A stretch of 64,000 nucleotides of DNA, taken from Macrostomum lignano. Its lineage: Eukaryota. Position numbers and translations under genes: made by a program. Each line of letters begins with the position of its first letter. Position 1 is the stretch's first letter. The stretch is taken from the NCBI GenBank assembly GCA_002269645.1, contig NIVC01000546.1:62001-126000 (forward strand), read 5' to 3'. This document shows, one piece after another, positions 41,806 through 54,131 of this stretch. The notes under the pieces are model-generated. The model was not told the origin of the DNA, did not search any database, and saw nothing but the letters and a program-made list of their open reading frames with translations.

Positions 41806-43265
41806 TGTGCCCTTCGCAGAATGCATTGTTGTCATGGTTCTCATTTATATCGCAATTTATTATTCTCAACATGTCTCCCGTCGACCTGCTGTCTCAGTTG
41901 AACTTTTAAAGATTTTATAAGGAATGTAGCGAGAAATTAAAAGTGCATTTTCAACGGTCGTTGAAGCACGGTGTGCGCTCGTATCTGGCTGCTGATGCGG
42001 TAATTAACAAAAAAAATTCGTAAATGTTTTGTCAAATTGCATTTTCTCGATTTAAAATTTCTTACTCACATTAATCCGTTAATTTTAACTGCACTGGCTG
42101 TGACTCAGCTGCATTCGAAATTGTGCTGCTTTTTTAAGAAATCTGATCAATTACCCAGCACGCTTTGGTCGCTACTTTGAACAGTAGGCTGTGCAGATTT
42201 TAGCTGTCTGTTTATTTCAATTTTTATCAACTCTATGCTGGTAATGTTCTAGGGTAGTATAGTTAGTTTTAGTCACCTTGCTGGGCGAGTATCTTGTGTT
42301 TTAACTATGTACATAATCTCTCAATTTTAGCATGAATTTGAGCAAGTTCAAGTTCTCATACACTAATATACGGTACACGTGTATGGTCGCGTTGATGCGC
42401 ACTTTTATAAAGTAACAGTGGAAATATTCGATACTAAACTTGCTGCAGTGTTTTTCTGTGTTCACAATTATTTTGATTGTGGCGATTTCTTAAAGGCATC
42501 TGTTAAAACATGCTAAAAGTTCTACTGCCACAGGACTGTCGTGGCAAGACAAAGAAGATTCTCTATACTGTCTATATCCTCTCTATTATCTCCTCTCGGC
42601 TCTCTAAGTCTTCTGCTTGTTGACTGATTTTAGCGGAGCATTGTGGTTTCCAATTTGGCGTCCCCTATAGTTGGAATCCATAAATGCCAAATGGCTTTGT
42701 ACAGTAATTCTGAAGCTTAAACCCTCCTGATTGTTACTATTAGTAGTAGCTTTGCTTGTAACAGTAACAGCCTATCGCCGATATGCCGATACCTGTCTGC
42801 TGGCTAATGCCGGAGCCCCAGAGTTGGTTGTTGGCGCGGCACTCTTTTTCGCCCAGGCCCTGAGACGCCCTGAGGCTTCTAGCCTTCTCACACCTTTGCT
42901 ATAATGCTTTACATACGCTGCTACATGTATATAGTGCACACGTGTTTGACTAATGATTCCTTGGGCCTTGCACTTGACCTTGACGCAACAATGCAGCTCC
43001 GATGATCTGACCACCCACCCCAGCTCAACAACGCGTGCCTCCGCTCCGCTCTGGTGATGGGGCCGATTAAGGGCAGCCTGCAAGTCCTCTTATTTTTCTC
43101 TTCTTTCTCCATTTGTTTGTTGTTCTTGACAACAGAGCACATGGGGTGGGCTGGGTGACCGGCGATTTAAACTTTGTCTTTGCTGCTAAAGAGTTGAGCG
43201 AGTCTCCTCAGCATTCAATAAGATTTTTATGGAAAGGCTGCCGCTAACAGCGATCTCTGTATTGG

Positions 43266-45048
43266 ATGATGAAGCTTCTGGCCTTACTGATCCTCGGAGG
43301 TTTCTTGGATCCGACTCTTGGCTCCATTACTGAGACCGGTGAGTTCTCGGAATTCCAATCTTGAGTTGTGTTGAGATTGAGGACTCAATGAGAGTTTTAA
43401 AAAGTCTTATAGGTTTTGAACCTTTCTCGAATTCAATTTTTTTTCGTTTTGTAAGCCGTCTCACGTGCTTTGTATTCTACATCAGGTCTGTCATGTACTT
43501 TAATCGATTTGTATCAATACGAGTACAACATCCAGGTGATTTTTAATCCTTATTATCTTTGGTTTCTCTTAAGAGTTTTGCATTGATGAAGCGAACGCTG
43601 GTCTCGCCGCGTCCACAACTACTTCGAACTGGAAGTCCAGCTTGCCGGCTCGCAGCGCCATCGAGTGCTCAGCTCTGTGCATGGCTGCGGATGCAGAAGC
43701 CGATAGTGCAGCCTCCAGCTCTGACAGCGGTTCCATCGGAAGCGTTCTTGGTTCTTTAGCAGCATCGCCAGCCACCGGCTGCAAGTCCTGGGCATATTCC
43801 TCCGCCACCGGCCTGTGCTTTCTGTCGCCAAATCGAACTGTCAACTTTGCTGGCGTCGCAGATGACGCCGAGGTCTTTCGAAGTGTCGACGGTAAGCAAA
43901 CTGAGGCGCTACGGCTCGGGGTGGGGGGGGGCGTAGCCAGTTAAAAGTGACGTTATGAGACGCAGATGCTGGCAAAAATCAGATATGATAAATAATGCCT
44001 CTGTTTCGTTTTGACTTACCCTCGAGTTAACATACGAAAAATTGACTCTAGCAAAATTAAAAATAAATCTAATTTCTGAAGCTCCACCCACAACGACAAC
44101 AACAACAACGACCAATCGCACGTGAAAGTCGCACGTTTTGCGTTATTCAACAGCGTTTAACTGACCAATTGAGCTTTGCTCGCAACTGGCCCGACTATGA
44201 AAACGGATTCGGGGATAGCGTGAACTTCTGGATCGGTAAGCTGTACTGGGGCTGCTCAATGGTTTCAGTTCAGAACCCTGCAGTGGATGGTCCGTAAAGG
44301 AAGGGGCACAGTGGAGGATGAGGCACAGTGGAGGATGAGGCACAATGGAGGATGAAGCACAGTGGAGGATGGAGCACAGTGGAGGATGAGGCACAGTGGA
44401 GGATGGAGCACAGTGGAGGATGAGGCACAGTGGAGGATGAGGCATATGATCGTTCGTTCCCAATTTGTGGTCCTTCAGTCTCGATCAAATCGATAAAAAA
44501 CCCGATTCGAAACCCAACCAGACCTCGGCGTACATTCAGAAACAGGGCTTGAACAATAGCGCTGTGTCTCAACTGTCAATGGTATCATTCAACCCATAGG
44601 CCTGAAGACCATTCACAACATGACCTATCCGACACCGCGCCTGTTCCGCATGGAGGCAACGAACCATCAGAACGGCAAGCTGTATGTGTGCGAGTACTTC
44701 AGCTTCTCCATTGCCGATGCCAGCAATTTGTACCAGCTGAGCGTCAGCGGCTACCTGACCAACAGCTCCAACACCTCCGCGGACTCTTTCTACTACAATA
44801 ACAACAAGCAGTTCTCCACAATGGACGCCGGACCGAAGACCAGCTGCTCGGTGAATAACGGCGGCGCCGGCTGGTGGTTCAGCAGCTGCACCTACCCGAA
44901 CCCGAACGGCTACTTCAACCTGACTGAGATTGACAGCAGCCTCAACGGCGAGAAGTTCATGCAATGGCTGTACGCCGCTGATGACACGTCGTACACGCGG
45001 CCAATGCTGCGAAACATTCGCCTGATGCTGGAGGTCAATGGCAACTAG
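43266..45048 (+). pseudogene. PAN/apple + fibrinogen-related protein copy 1; exons 43266-43338, 43574-43891, 44082-44235, 44600-45048; frameshift in exon 3
   Basis: Signal peptide MMKLLALLILGG..; PAN motif ARSAIECSALC..GCKSW..TGLC; FBG motifs FCVIQQR, YENGFG..FWIG and GWWFSSC..NPNG. The phase-1 join gives TGA at 44123; no alternative AG restores the frame. Could be an assembly error. Confidence 0.72.
44306..44444. repeat. 17-bp intronic minisatellite (GCACAGTGGAGGATGAG)
   Basis: About 8 copies in intron 3 of FBG copy 1. Confidence 0.93.
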
Positions 45049-45130
45049 TCAGGGAGAGGCGGGTCTTCGGAGTAAAAACTTTACTGCAGGGGTCGCAAAA
45101 GTTCTAAGTTCTACTGCAAAAGTTCTACTG

Positions 45131-45346
45131 CAGGGGTCGGCAAAGTCCTGCCAAGCCTCTCTATCCGGCCCTCGGGTCCTTTGAGACTTCATAATAGAAA
45201 TCCGGCCCGCTCAAGGTTTGCCTCTCCTCTCAGCTCCCTCCTCCCTCCTGTCGTAATTTTTCTCTTTTCTCTTCACCATGTGCCCTCGCGAATCCTTTCT
45301 CCTGTGCTCTCCTGGCCCTTGAAGTGAAAAGGTTTGCCGACCCCTG
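45131..45346. mobile_element. hAT-type MITE, TIR CAGGGGTCGGCAAA
   Basis: Perfect 14-bp TIRs; flanks TTCTACTG / TTTTACTG (8-bp TSD with one mismatch); a duplicated left end sits at 45087. Confidence 0.85.
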
Positions 45347-46039
45347 TTTTACTGGATGGCCATTTGTAACAGTTTTTTATTCTTTGTCAGCGACAAAGGT
45401 GGCTGACCGAGCGGGAAGGTTAAGCAGTGTTGGCTGTGGTTAGTGCGCGGGTCTATGACATTTTACCGCAAGCCTATGCAAAACTAATCCTAATCTAAAT
45501 ATAAACGTTTTTCTCATTTTGAAACCACCAAGACAACGAAAGCGGACAAACAAAACTGCAAAACTGCATGTAGCAAGAATTTCCATAGTTTGCATGTGAA
45601 AATTGGAGATTTGCATACTTTCTAAGAAAGATCAGGCATGGGCAGACGCCAGCGTAGCCATGGGATCACGCGGCCGCCTCGTGAACATTAAAAAGACGCT
45701 TGCTATTGACCCCTTCCCCTACCCTATGAAGCAACACTTAAGTTTGTTCAAGACCCAATGAAAGAGTATGTTGTTCGTGTTGCTCCTAAAAAGACGTCTA
45801 AAAATGAATATTTTTTCAACACTTTTCTCTGCAAAAATTATATTGATAAAGTTATTCGCAATAGTTAATTCTCCTAAATCCCTTTAGTTATAATCGCTCA
45901 TGCATGGACCCATATTTGTAACAAAAACGTGTTTAATCCTCTGTTTTTTGTCACACTTGCTTATGTATTTTTAAGAAAATCCTCTTCAATCCTCTGCTTT
46001 TGTTATGTTATACTCACTCGTGTTAAAATCGTGTTTAAT

Positions 46040-46631
46040 CCTCTGCTTTTGTTATACTCATCCTCTGCTTTTGTTATACTCATCCTCTGCTTTTGTTAAA
46101 CTCATCCTCTGCTTTTGTTAAACTCATCCTCTGCTTTTGTTATACTCATCCTCTGCTTTTGTTATACTCATCCTCTGCTTTTGTTATACTCATCCTCTGC
46201 TTTTGTTATACTCATCCTCTGCTTTTGTTATACTCATCCTCTGCTTTTGTTATACTCATCCTCTGCTTTTGTTATACTCATCCTCTGCTTTTGTTATACT
46301 CATCCTCTGCTTTTGTTATACTCATCCTCTGCTTTTGTTATACTCATCCTCTGCTTTTGTTATACTCATCCTCTGCTTTTGTTATACTCATCCTCTGCTT
46401 TTGTTATACTCATCCTCTGCTTTTGTTATACTCATCCTCTGCTTTTGTTATACTCATCCTCTGCTTTTGTTATACTCATCCTCTGCTTTTGTTATACTCA
46501 TCCTCTGCTTTTGTTATACTCATCCTCTGCTTTTGTTATACTCATCCTCTGCTTTTGTTATACTCATCCTCTGCTTTTGTTATACTCATCCTCTGCTTTT
46601 GTTATACTCATCCTCTGCTTTTGTTATACTC
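46040..46631. repeat. 22-bp minisatellite (GTTATACTCATCCTCTGCTTTT)
   Basis: Near-perfect array of about 27 copies. Confidence 0.98.
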
Positions 46632-47049
46632 ACACGTGTTATAAATCGTGTTTAATCCTTTGTACACCTGCCCCTATTCGTACTTAATGATTACAAGCTT
46701 CTTTAGTTTTAAGTACCAAGTAATTTTCAATAAAACTCACTGGCTACATGCAACTAAGCAAACCTTTATTGCTCTCTCTGCTAGATATAGCCTAGTGGCT
46801 TTATTTGATCTGAGCCTAAGTTACGAGCGTACGAGTATTGTTAACCTTGACTGGTAAAGTGAATCCTTCTGTCAAAACACATATTTCTAAATATATATTG
46901 ATGGAGCTATATGCCACATTACTTTGCACTCTGTAACTAACATAAACTGTCTTTTATTCACGCCATAATTTTTATGGATTTTTACAGGAACACAATAGGA
47001 CTTAACGCGCAACATTGGAGCAAAGTTTAATTGTTTTTCCTGCCTTTTT

Positions 47050-47085
<36 letters not shown>

Positions 47086-48300
47086 GGGGAGATCAGTCTA
47101 TGGTAAAGTTTGATACTGGCATCCTTCTTTGTCCTGATGTCTATGGCCAAATTATCAACTTGCTTGCCTTCTTCCCGTTCTAATGTCTATGTCTATGTCT
47201 ATGGGCAAGACCAGATCTACTGCTGCCAAATTGCAATTCTCAACTTGGTTGGCCCAATTCCATAAGGAGCTTGTCAATCAACCTCCAATTTTGAGCATTT
47301 AAAAGTACAGATGTCTTGTCAGTTTACAAGACTCCTGTGACGCCTGACTCTCTCTCTGTGGACCTGGCTTGGCCACGACTGCTTTGTTAGAGTCTTGGAT
47401 GGTTGGTGCATTGATGCGGAACGCCTGCATCCCACTGCCACTGGGAGAATGCACAGGAGGGAGGGTCCCAGCTTCGATTACAATGCAGCTTGGTGAAAAG
47501 CGTTTTCTACAGAATTGGTAGTTAATAATACTGTAAATTTGTGCCAGTTTCTGCTAACAGTAGTCTGCTGTTTGATCTTAATTTCATTTATGAATATAGC
47601 AACCAATGATATTATAATATTTACATTGTAGGTTGCGGATTTGCGGCAACCTGGCGTGACATCCACGACATGGTCTCTCGACCAGCCCTGAGGCAAAAGG
47701 CAATTCTGCCCATTCTGCTGCCTCCTGAGCATACGCAAGCAACGCCCTCTGTGCCCTCTGTGGTTGTGAATCGCACGACAGTCCACCGGCCAATTTTCGT
47801 GCGCACCAGCTTCAAATAATGCGGCCGCGAACGAAATTAAACCGGAGGATCGTGTGGCCCGCGTCTGGCGCGTTTACCAACTGAGCTGCTCTGCAACCAA
47901 GTTTTTCAGCCAAATGTGAAAGGTGAGTCCAAAGGCGCGAATGAATGTCAACTTACCAGCGTAATTCTTTTTTTGTCCCAGATGGAGAGTTTTACGGCTC
48001 CAATTATATTGTTTTTTGCTAGTAGAAAAGAAGCTTTTTTGCCTTGGGCCAATTAATTAACCATGAAGTGCACTCACCTGTGGGCCATGCTAGCAGAATC
48101 GAAATCCCACAATCTAACAGCCTACCGGTAGCTGTCCATCACGGAGCATTTAATTTTTTTGGCGATGAATATTTGAGTGCGCCTATAGATCCACTAAATA
48201 GCCAATAGTTTTCCATTATTCCTTTTTTGCGAATCAAGGCATGAATTAAAAGGATTTCTGGGGTGAATTATTAGGCGCGCTGGCACAAGTGCGCATCTCA

Positions 48301-48897
48301 AATGCATGAGTCCGGCACAAGCTCACAGTCTAGATGCATGAGTCCGGCACAAGCCCACAGTCTAGATGCATGAGTCCGGCACAAGCTCACAGTCTAGATG
48401 CATGAGTCCGGCACAAGCTCACAGTCTAGATGCATGAGTCCGGCACAAGCTCACAGTCTAGATGCATGAGTCCGGCACAAGCTCACAGTCTAGATGCATG
48501 AGTCCGGCACAAGCCCACAGTCTAGATGCATGAGTCCGGCACAAGCTCACAGTCTAGATGAATGAGTCCGGCACAAGCTCACAGTCTAGATGCATGAGTT
48601 CGGCACAAGCTCACAGTCTAGATGCATGAGTCCGGCACAAGCTCACAGTCTAGATGCATGAGTCCGGCACAAGCCCACAGTCTAGATGCATGAGTCCGGC
48701 ACAAGCTCACAGTCTAGATGAATGAGTCCGGCACAAGCTCACAGTCTAGATGCATGAGTTCGGCACAAGCTCACAGTCTAGATGCATGAGTCCGGCACAA
48801 GCTCACAGTCTAGATGCATGAGTCCGGCACAAGCTCACAGTCTAGATGCATGAGTCCGGCACAAGCTCACAGTCTAGATGCATGAGTTCGGCACAAG
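48301..48897. repeat. 32-bp minisatellite (ATGCATGAGTCCGGCACAAGCTCACAGTCTAG)
   Basis: About 18-19 copies. Confidence 0.97.
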
Positions 48898-49796
48898 CGC
48901 GCATTTGAATGTTTCAGATTGAAGTTAGAATGACAACACAGGCTTTTTCAGCTCTCCTATCAAGTCAGTGCAGCTCTTGTTGGGTGGGCCTTCTCAGAAC
49001 AGGGCAAGTCGAGCTTGACACTTTCTGGCTGGCAGGGTGTGCCGAAGTCCGAGGCTGCTGGATTCACTTCTGACTGGTCGTCGTCAGCAAGTTGAACACA
49101 TGCAATGGCCTCTAGCCGCTCACCAGCCGTAGTGCCTTGGGCAAGAGAGCAAAAACGGCTGCTGAAGCTTCTGCCCACCGTTTTTGCCCGTCTGAGTGCT
49201 GTCGAGGTTCCTGGGCTCGGTGCCGACCGTCCTGTCAGAAGTGCACACTTGCTCCATCATCCGTACATCGGAAATGTACAATGCCAAAAAGAATACATGT
49301 GCGCTAATGTCATGAGCGCTTATTCAGCCCTTCCAGTTTCTGGTTTCTTCATCCTTAGTTCGTTCCTTAGTTCATGCGTATGAACGCGCGATTCATGTAG
49401 TTCTATTTAACTACCAGACCCACTCTCTTGACAGGCGTTCGTCTTAAAAACCTGATTCTTAGAAACAGGCTGACCGCTAGATACACGCTTGAGGTTTCCA
49501 GAGAAGTAGAACACACACTGTTGTGCCCTGCGCCACAATGACCTCCTCACCCTTTTTTGGTGCATGCCAACCGCCCCGTCTGCCGCTCTAGCCTGATGTT
49601 TCCAGAGAAGTAGAAGACACTACTAGCACAACCAGTAGACCGTCCAATAGAACGTTTACGCGTATACGACGTTAATTACGACGTTTCCTTATTGGCTGCT
49701 AACAGGGTTTATAAAAGTTACAAAACGGAAAGAAACTCCCCGTCTGGGGTGACTTTACTGTCGACCGATTCAGGACTCTGCTTCAGGATTCGAGAA

Positions 49797-51031
49797 ATGA
49801 AAGCAATGGCTGCTGTAGCAGAACATGCTTTGCTAATGTGCTTAATCTTCTCGCTGACATCGCCCGCTACAGCAACCGTGAGCGAGACCGGTACGATTCT
49901 TTATTCAACCCATGTATGAAATGCATTGCACAATGCTTTAAGACGGAAAATATCATTACGACAATAATTTACTTCAGAGTTTAACGCGGATAAAAGTCCT
50001 TCGTCTGGCCCAACCAACTCGGTATCCGCTGCGGAATCCGTAGCTGCCAGGAGCGACATCGAATGCTCAACTCTGTGCTCGGCTGCTCAGTCGTCTCCAG
50101 GAAGTGGCTGCAAATCCTGGTCCTTCGCATCCGCCACTGGTCACTGCTTTCTTTCATCCAATCGAACCTTTGGTTTCGAGTTTGCGTCATCGATTGGAGC
50201 AAGTGTTTACCGCGGCCAAGAAGGTGAGTCGTCAGTCAGAACTGTGAAGCTGAAGTTGCGGTTTATTTCCTATAGCATATTTATCTCGAAGCATTCCCCT
50301 TTTTTCTACCCTCCTTCCATTACCAAGATCTACCAACGGCCACTACACCGGCCCCTGTATCCGCCAGTCTGAACAATTGCACCATTATGGTTGGCAGCAG
50401 GAAGTTCTGCGTCATCCAGCAGCGCGTCAGCGACCAGTACAGCTTCGCTCGGAGCTACGCCGAATATGAGAGCGGATTTGGGGACAGCCAGAACTTCTGG
50501 ATCGGTAAACTCGTGTTCCTATAGAATCTGAATTCCACCATACAGTCCGCTCTGACATGGCAGGACAGAAAGGTGATCGATGTTTTTGAATCCGCATGTC
50601 TCAAGAAGCTGAACAACCTGACCGGCTCGACTCCACGACTGTTCCGCATGGAGGCAGTCAACCTGCAGAACAACCTGCTGTACGTGTGCGAGTACTCCAG
50701 CTTCTCGGTTGCCAGTGCCAGCTCGGAGTACCAGCTGAGCGTCAGCGGCTACCTGACGGGCAGCTCCAACACCACCGGAGAGTCCTTCAGCTACAACAAC
50801 GGCCTGCTGTTCTCCGCTATCGACGCCGGACCGAAGACCAATTGCGCCCAGCAGGACGGCGGCGCCGGCTGGTGGTTCAACAGCTGCACCTACGTGAACC
50901 CGAACGGCTACTTTAACCTGTCCGAGATCAACAACAACGGCGACAATGAGCGCTTCATGCAGTGGCGCTACGCTGGCCCGGACGGTACCAGACGGATGCT
51001 CAAGAGCATTCGGTTGATGCTGCAAGTTTAA
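49797..51031 (+). CDS. PAN/apple + fibrinogen-related protein copy 2; exons 49797-49890, 49978-50223, 50328-50504, 50598-51031; last acceptor reads CAT rather than CAG
   Basis: Same four-exon, all-phase-1 layout and motifs as copies 1 and 3; no in-phase AG near exon 4. Confidence 0.78.
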
Positions 51032-52765
51032 CTAATACGTTAAATAGCAGCGTTGCTCACTCGAGCGAGGATCAATTGCTGGTAGAATTCGTTCCGTTGA
51101 ACTAACCAAAAAGACCATTTTATTATAACTATTTCTTCAAAAATCCATTGCAACCATTTATATATTGTACATTTTCCTGGAAAACAGTAAACCTATGTGG
51201 TTTTTCAAGAATTTTGAAAAAAGATGAATTTAGATTTTCAGTTCGAGTTTCAAGAAAATCAAAATACTGTTTGGCTTTTAATTACAAATTGAATTGTTTT
51301 TTGTTCGCTTAATCCGAATTAGATATTTTGCTAGTAATTCGATGATGACTTCCAACAGACATGTGAAATATACTGAGCATAGTTGGACGGGCTACTTAAA
51401 TAAAGTTAGGAAGCGACTCAAGCAAACCAGAATGCAGCAGAATTCGCGCATTAGAATCACCTTGGATCCCCCATATTGCATTTTGCATAGCTGACAACCA
51501 ACTGCTGCGATGGAGAATGTGTCAATTAATAATGCAAATATTTGAGCCATTGTCAACTCAGCTTTCCAATCCAAAGCTCCATCCGGCTCTGTTGGGTTTG
51601 AAAGCGTCCCTCTCCCATACCTCAGTTTGCTTTGAAATCCCAAATTGAATCAACTGAAAAAAATTGCAGAACCGGTTTCGACTGGGTGCTGTTTATCGGT
51701 CGTACTTTGGATTGGTTTTAGAAATTTTACTATGCCTTCAAGGTAACAAAGCTTTTCGGGTTTTTTCCATCTAATTAATAACATCTAAGAATAGGAAAGC
51801 AATGCAAATATTTGGACATCTTCAGGGCAGGTTACGGTTGAATTAGTCCAAATTTAAAACAAAATAAAACAAAGTGTAAGATTTAACAAGTGTAAAATAT
51901 AAATCCACTATGTTTGTACACGTAGTCGTCATGCATTCCTCATAAGCACCCACAGGCGGCATGAAACCTTGGCAGATTTTCGTATTTAAAAGTATTTCAA
52001 GACCTTACTGTGTAAGATGATGCTTCCAGTTCCCAGCTTCTTGATTTCAGCCTATTATTGAAAGTAGTAGCGATTGCATATTTCCTGATATTTTTTCGAA
52101 AAGTTTTGTTTCAACGAGACAGCATTTGTGAGGTTTGACTTACTACTGATGAGTAGAAATTACTAAAAATTACGAGCAATGTTTATGAGTTGTTTAGAAA
52201 ATTTTCCTAGCTATTAGTACTAGGCTATCATAATGTTAACAGTATTAATAATTAAATTTACAATATTAAGAATTGCATGAGGCCTGTTGCAAATCGGTGA
52301 GATCTCGATGGAATTGACTCATCGAAGTGATGGAGCCTGAATCACATGGCAAACCCGAGCCAATTTTCATAAACAAATTTTGTCAGACTCTGAGCTGCCC
52401 GGCCCTGACAATATTCGATATATACTGGGTCGCTTCTTATTCATATTGAATCAATACGGATGTTTGATTTACGAGAATACTTTTGGGGGTAAAATAAATT
52501 CTTGACAATATACGAGGACGAGCTAGGTATAGGTATCGGTATAGTTACGAGCATTAAAAATTCTACCCATTCACAAGCACATTGGACTCTTACTTGACCA
52601 ACCAATGGTGCATTTCTCAATCGATTCGTTCGCCTATTCGCTTTTAGTTTTGGGTTAAAAAGGGACGGTCGGATGCGCATGGGTCGTCATTTATCATTTA
52701 CAGGTCTACTATAATAAACAATCGTACAAAACAGCTCTATTGTTTTATTGATATTCTCAGCGCCA

Positions 52766-54131
52766 ATGAGTACCGCTCCAAAGATTTGGGTCATTCTGCT
52801 GGTGATTTGCAATGGCTACTGGATGGCTACTGCATCGGTTACCGAGACCGGTGAGTTGCATTGCTCCGTAGGGCATCGATCTTCTGATAGCAATCTGCAA
52901 AACTCATAATGCTTCCGCAGGTTATAGCCTGGACAAAAGCGTCTTATCTGGACCGACTAGCAGGCCAACAACTTTCGGATTCGCGGCTGCCCGAAGCGAC
53001 ATCGAGTGCTCAACTCTGTGCGCCGCCGCCGATTCGTCTCCTGGAATCGGCTGCAAATCCTGGGCCTTCTCGGTCGCCGCTGGGCGCTGCTTCCTGGCAT
53101 CGACACAAACGTTCGACTTTGAAGGCGCGTTGGCAAACGGGGCCGTTATATATCGGGGTCCAGTTGGTAAGTCTTGGAAGTCTTGCAACCCAACCTAGTC
53201 AAAACTGATGTCTAATTTTTTTTTCAAATCTGGAATCCATTTATAGTAGGTTAAAATTAATCAAGAAAACCGATATTCGCTCCTGACTTTCCACTACGGT
53301 AACAGAGCCGCCACCGACAGTGCCGGTCCCCGCACTGGCGTCCTTGGCCTCTCTAAGAAACTGCACCGTCTCGGTTGGCAGCAGGACGTTCTGCGTCATC
53401 CAGCAGCGCGTCAGCGACCAGTACAGCTTTGCTCGGAGCTACGCCGACTATGAGAACGGATTCGGGGACAGCCAGAACTTTTGGATCGGTAAATCTCATC
53501 GCACTAAAAACATTTAAAAGTCGGGTAGACGCAGCTAAAACCCCCTATAAAAGCTATTTAAAATGCTTTACCTTTAGTACATTATTATAGAATGGTACAG
53601 AATGGACTCAGAGCTAAATTCCGTGGAGACTCGTCTTTCTGAAACATAATATGACGATATTGACTGTTGTTCCATCATGAACCAAAATCTGTTTCAGGTT
53701 TGAAGAAAATCAACAGCCTGACTGGAGCCAAACCCCGGCTGATTCGGATTGAAGCGCTCAACCTGCAGAACAACCTGCTGTACGTGTGCGAGTACTCCAG
53801 CTTCTCGGTTGCCGGTGCCAGCTCGGAGTACAAGCTGAGTGTCAGCGGCTACCTCTCGGGCAGCTCCAACACCACCGGAGAGTCCTTCAGCTACAACAAC
53901 GGCCTGCGGTTCTCCGCCATGGACGCCGGACCGAAAACCAGCTGTTCGCAAAAGGACGGCAACGCCGGCTGGTGGTTCAGCAGCTGCACCTACGTGAACC
54001 CGAACGGCTACTTCAACCTGTCCGAAATCAACAACAACGGCGACAATGAGCACTTCATGCAGTGGCGCTACGCTGGTCCGGACGGCACGAGACGGATGCT
54101 TAGGAGCATTCGGTTGATGCTGCAAGTGTAG
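52766..54131 (+). CDS. PAN/apple + fibrinogen-related protein copy 3 (intact); exons 52766-52850, 52921-53166, 53306-53488, 53698-54131
   Basis: Signal peptide, PAN (RSDIECSTLC..GCKSW..GRC), Pro/Thr linker and FBG C-terminal domain; all junctions canonical GT-AG, phase 1, open frame. Confidence 0.92.

Noticed and set aside
47620-47820. Possible terminal exon (GCGFAATWRDIHDMV...) after TTGTAG
   Set aside because: No partner exons or homology recognised; insufficient support.
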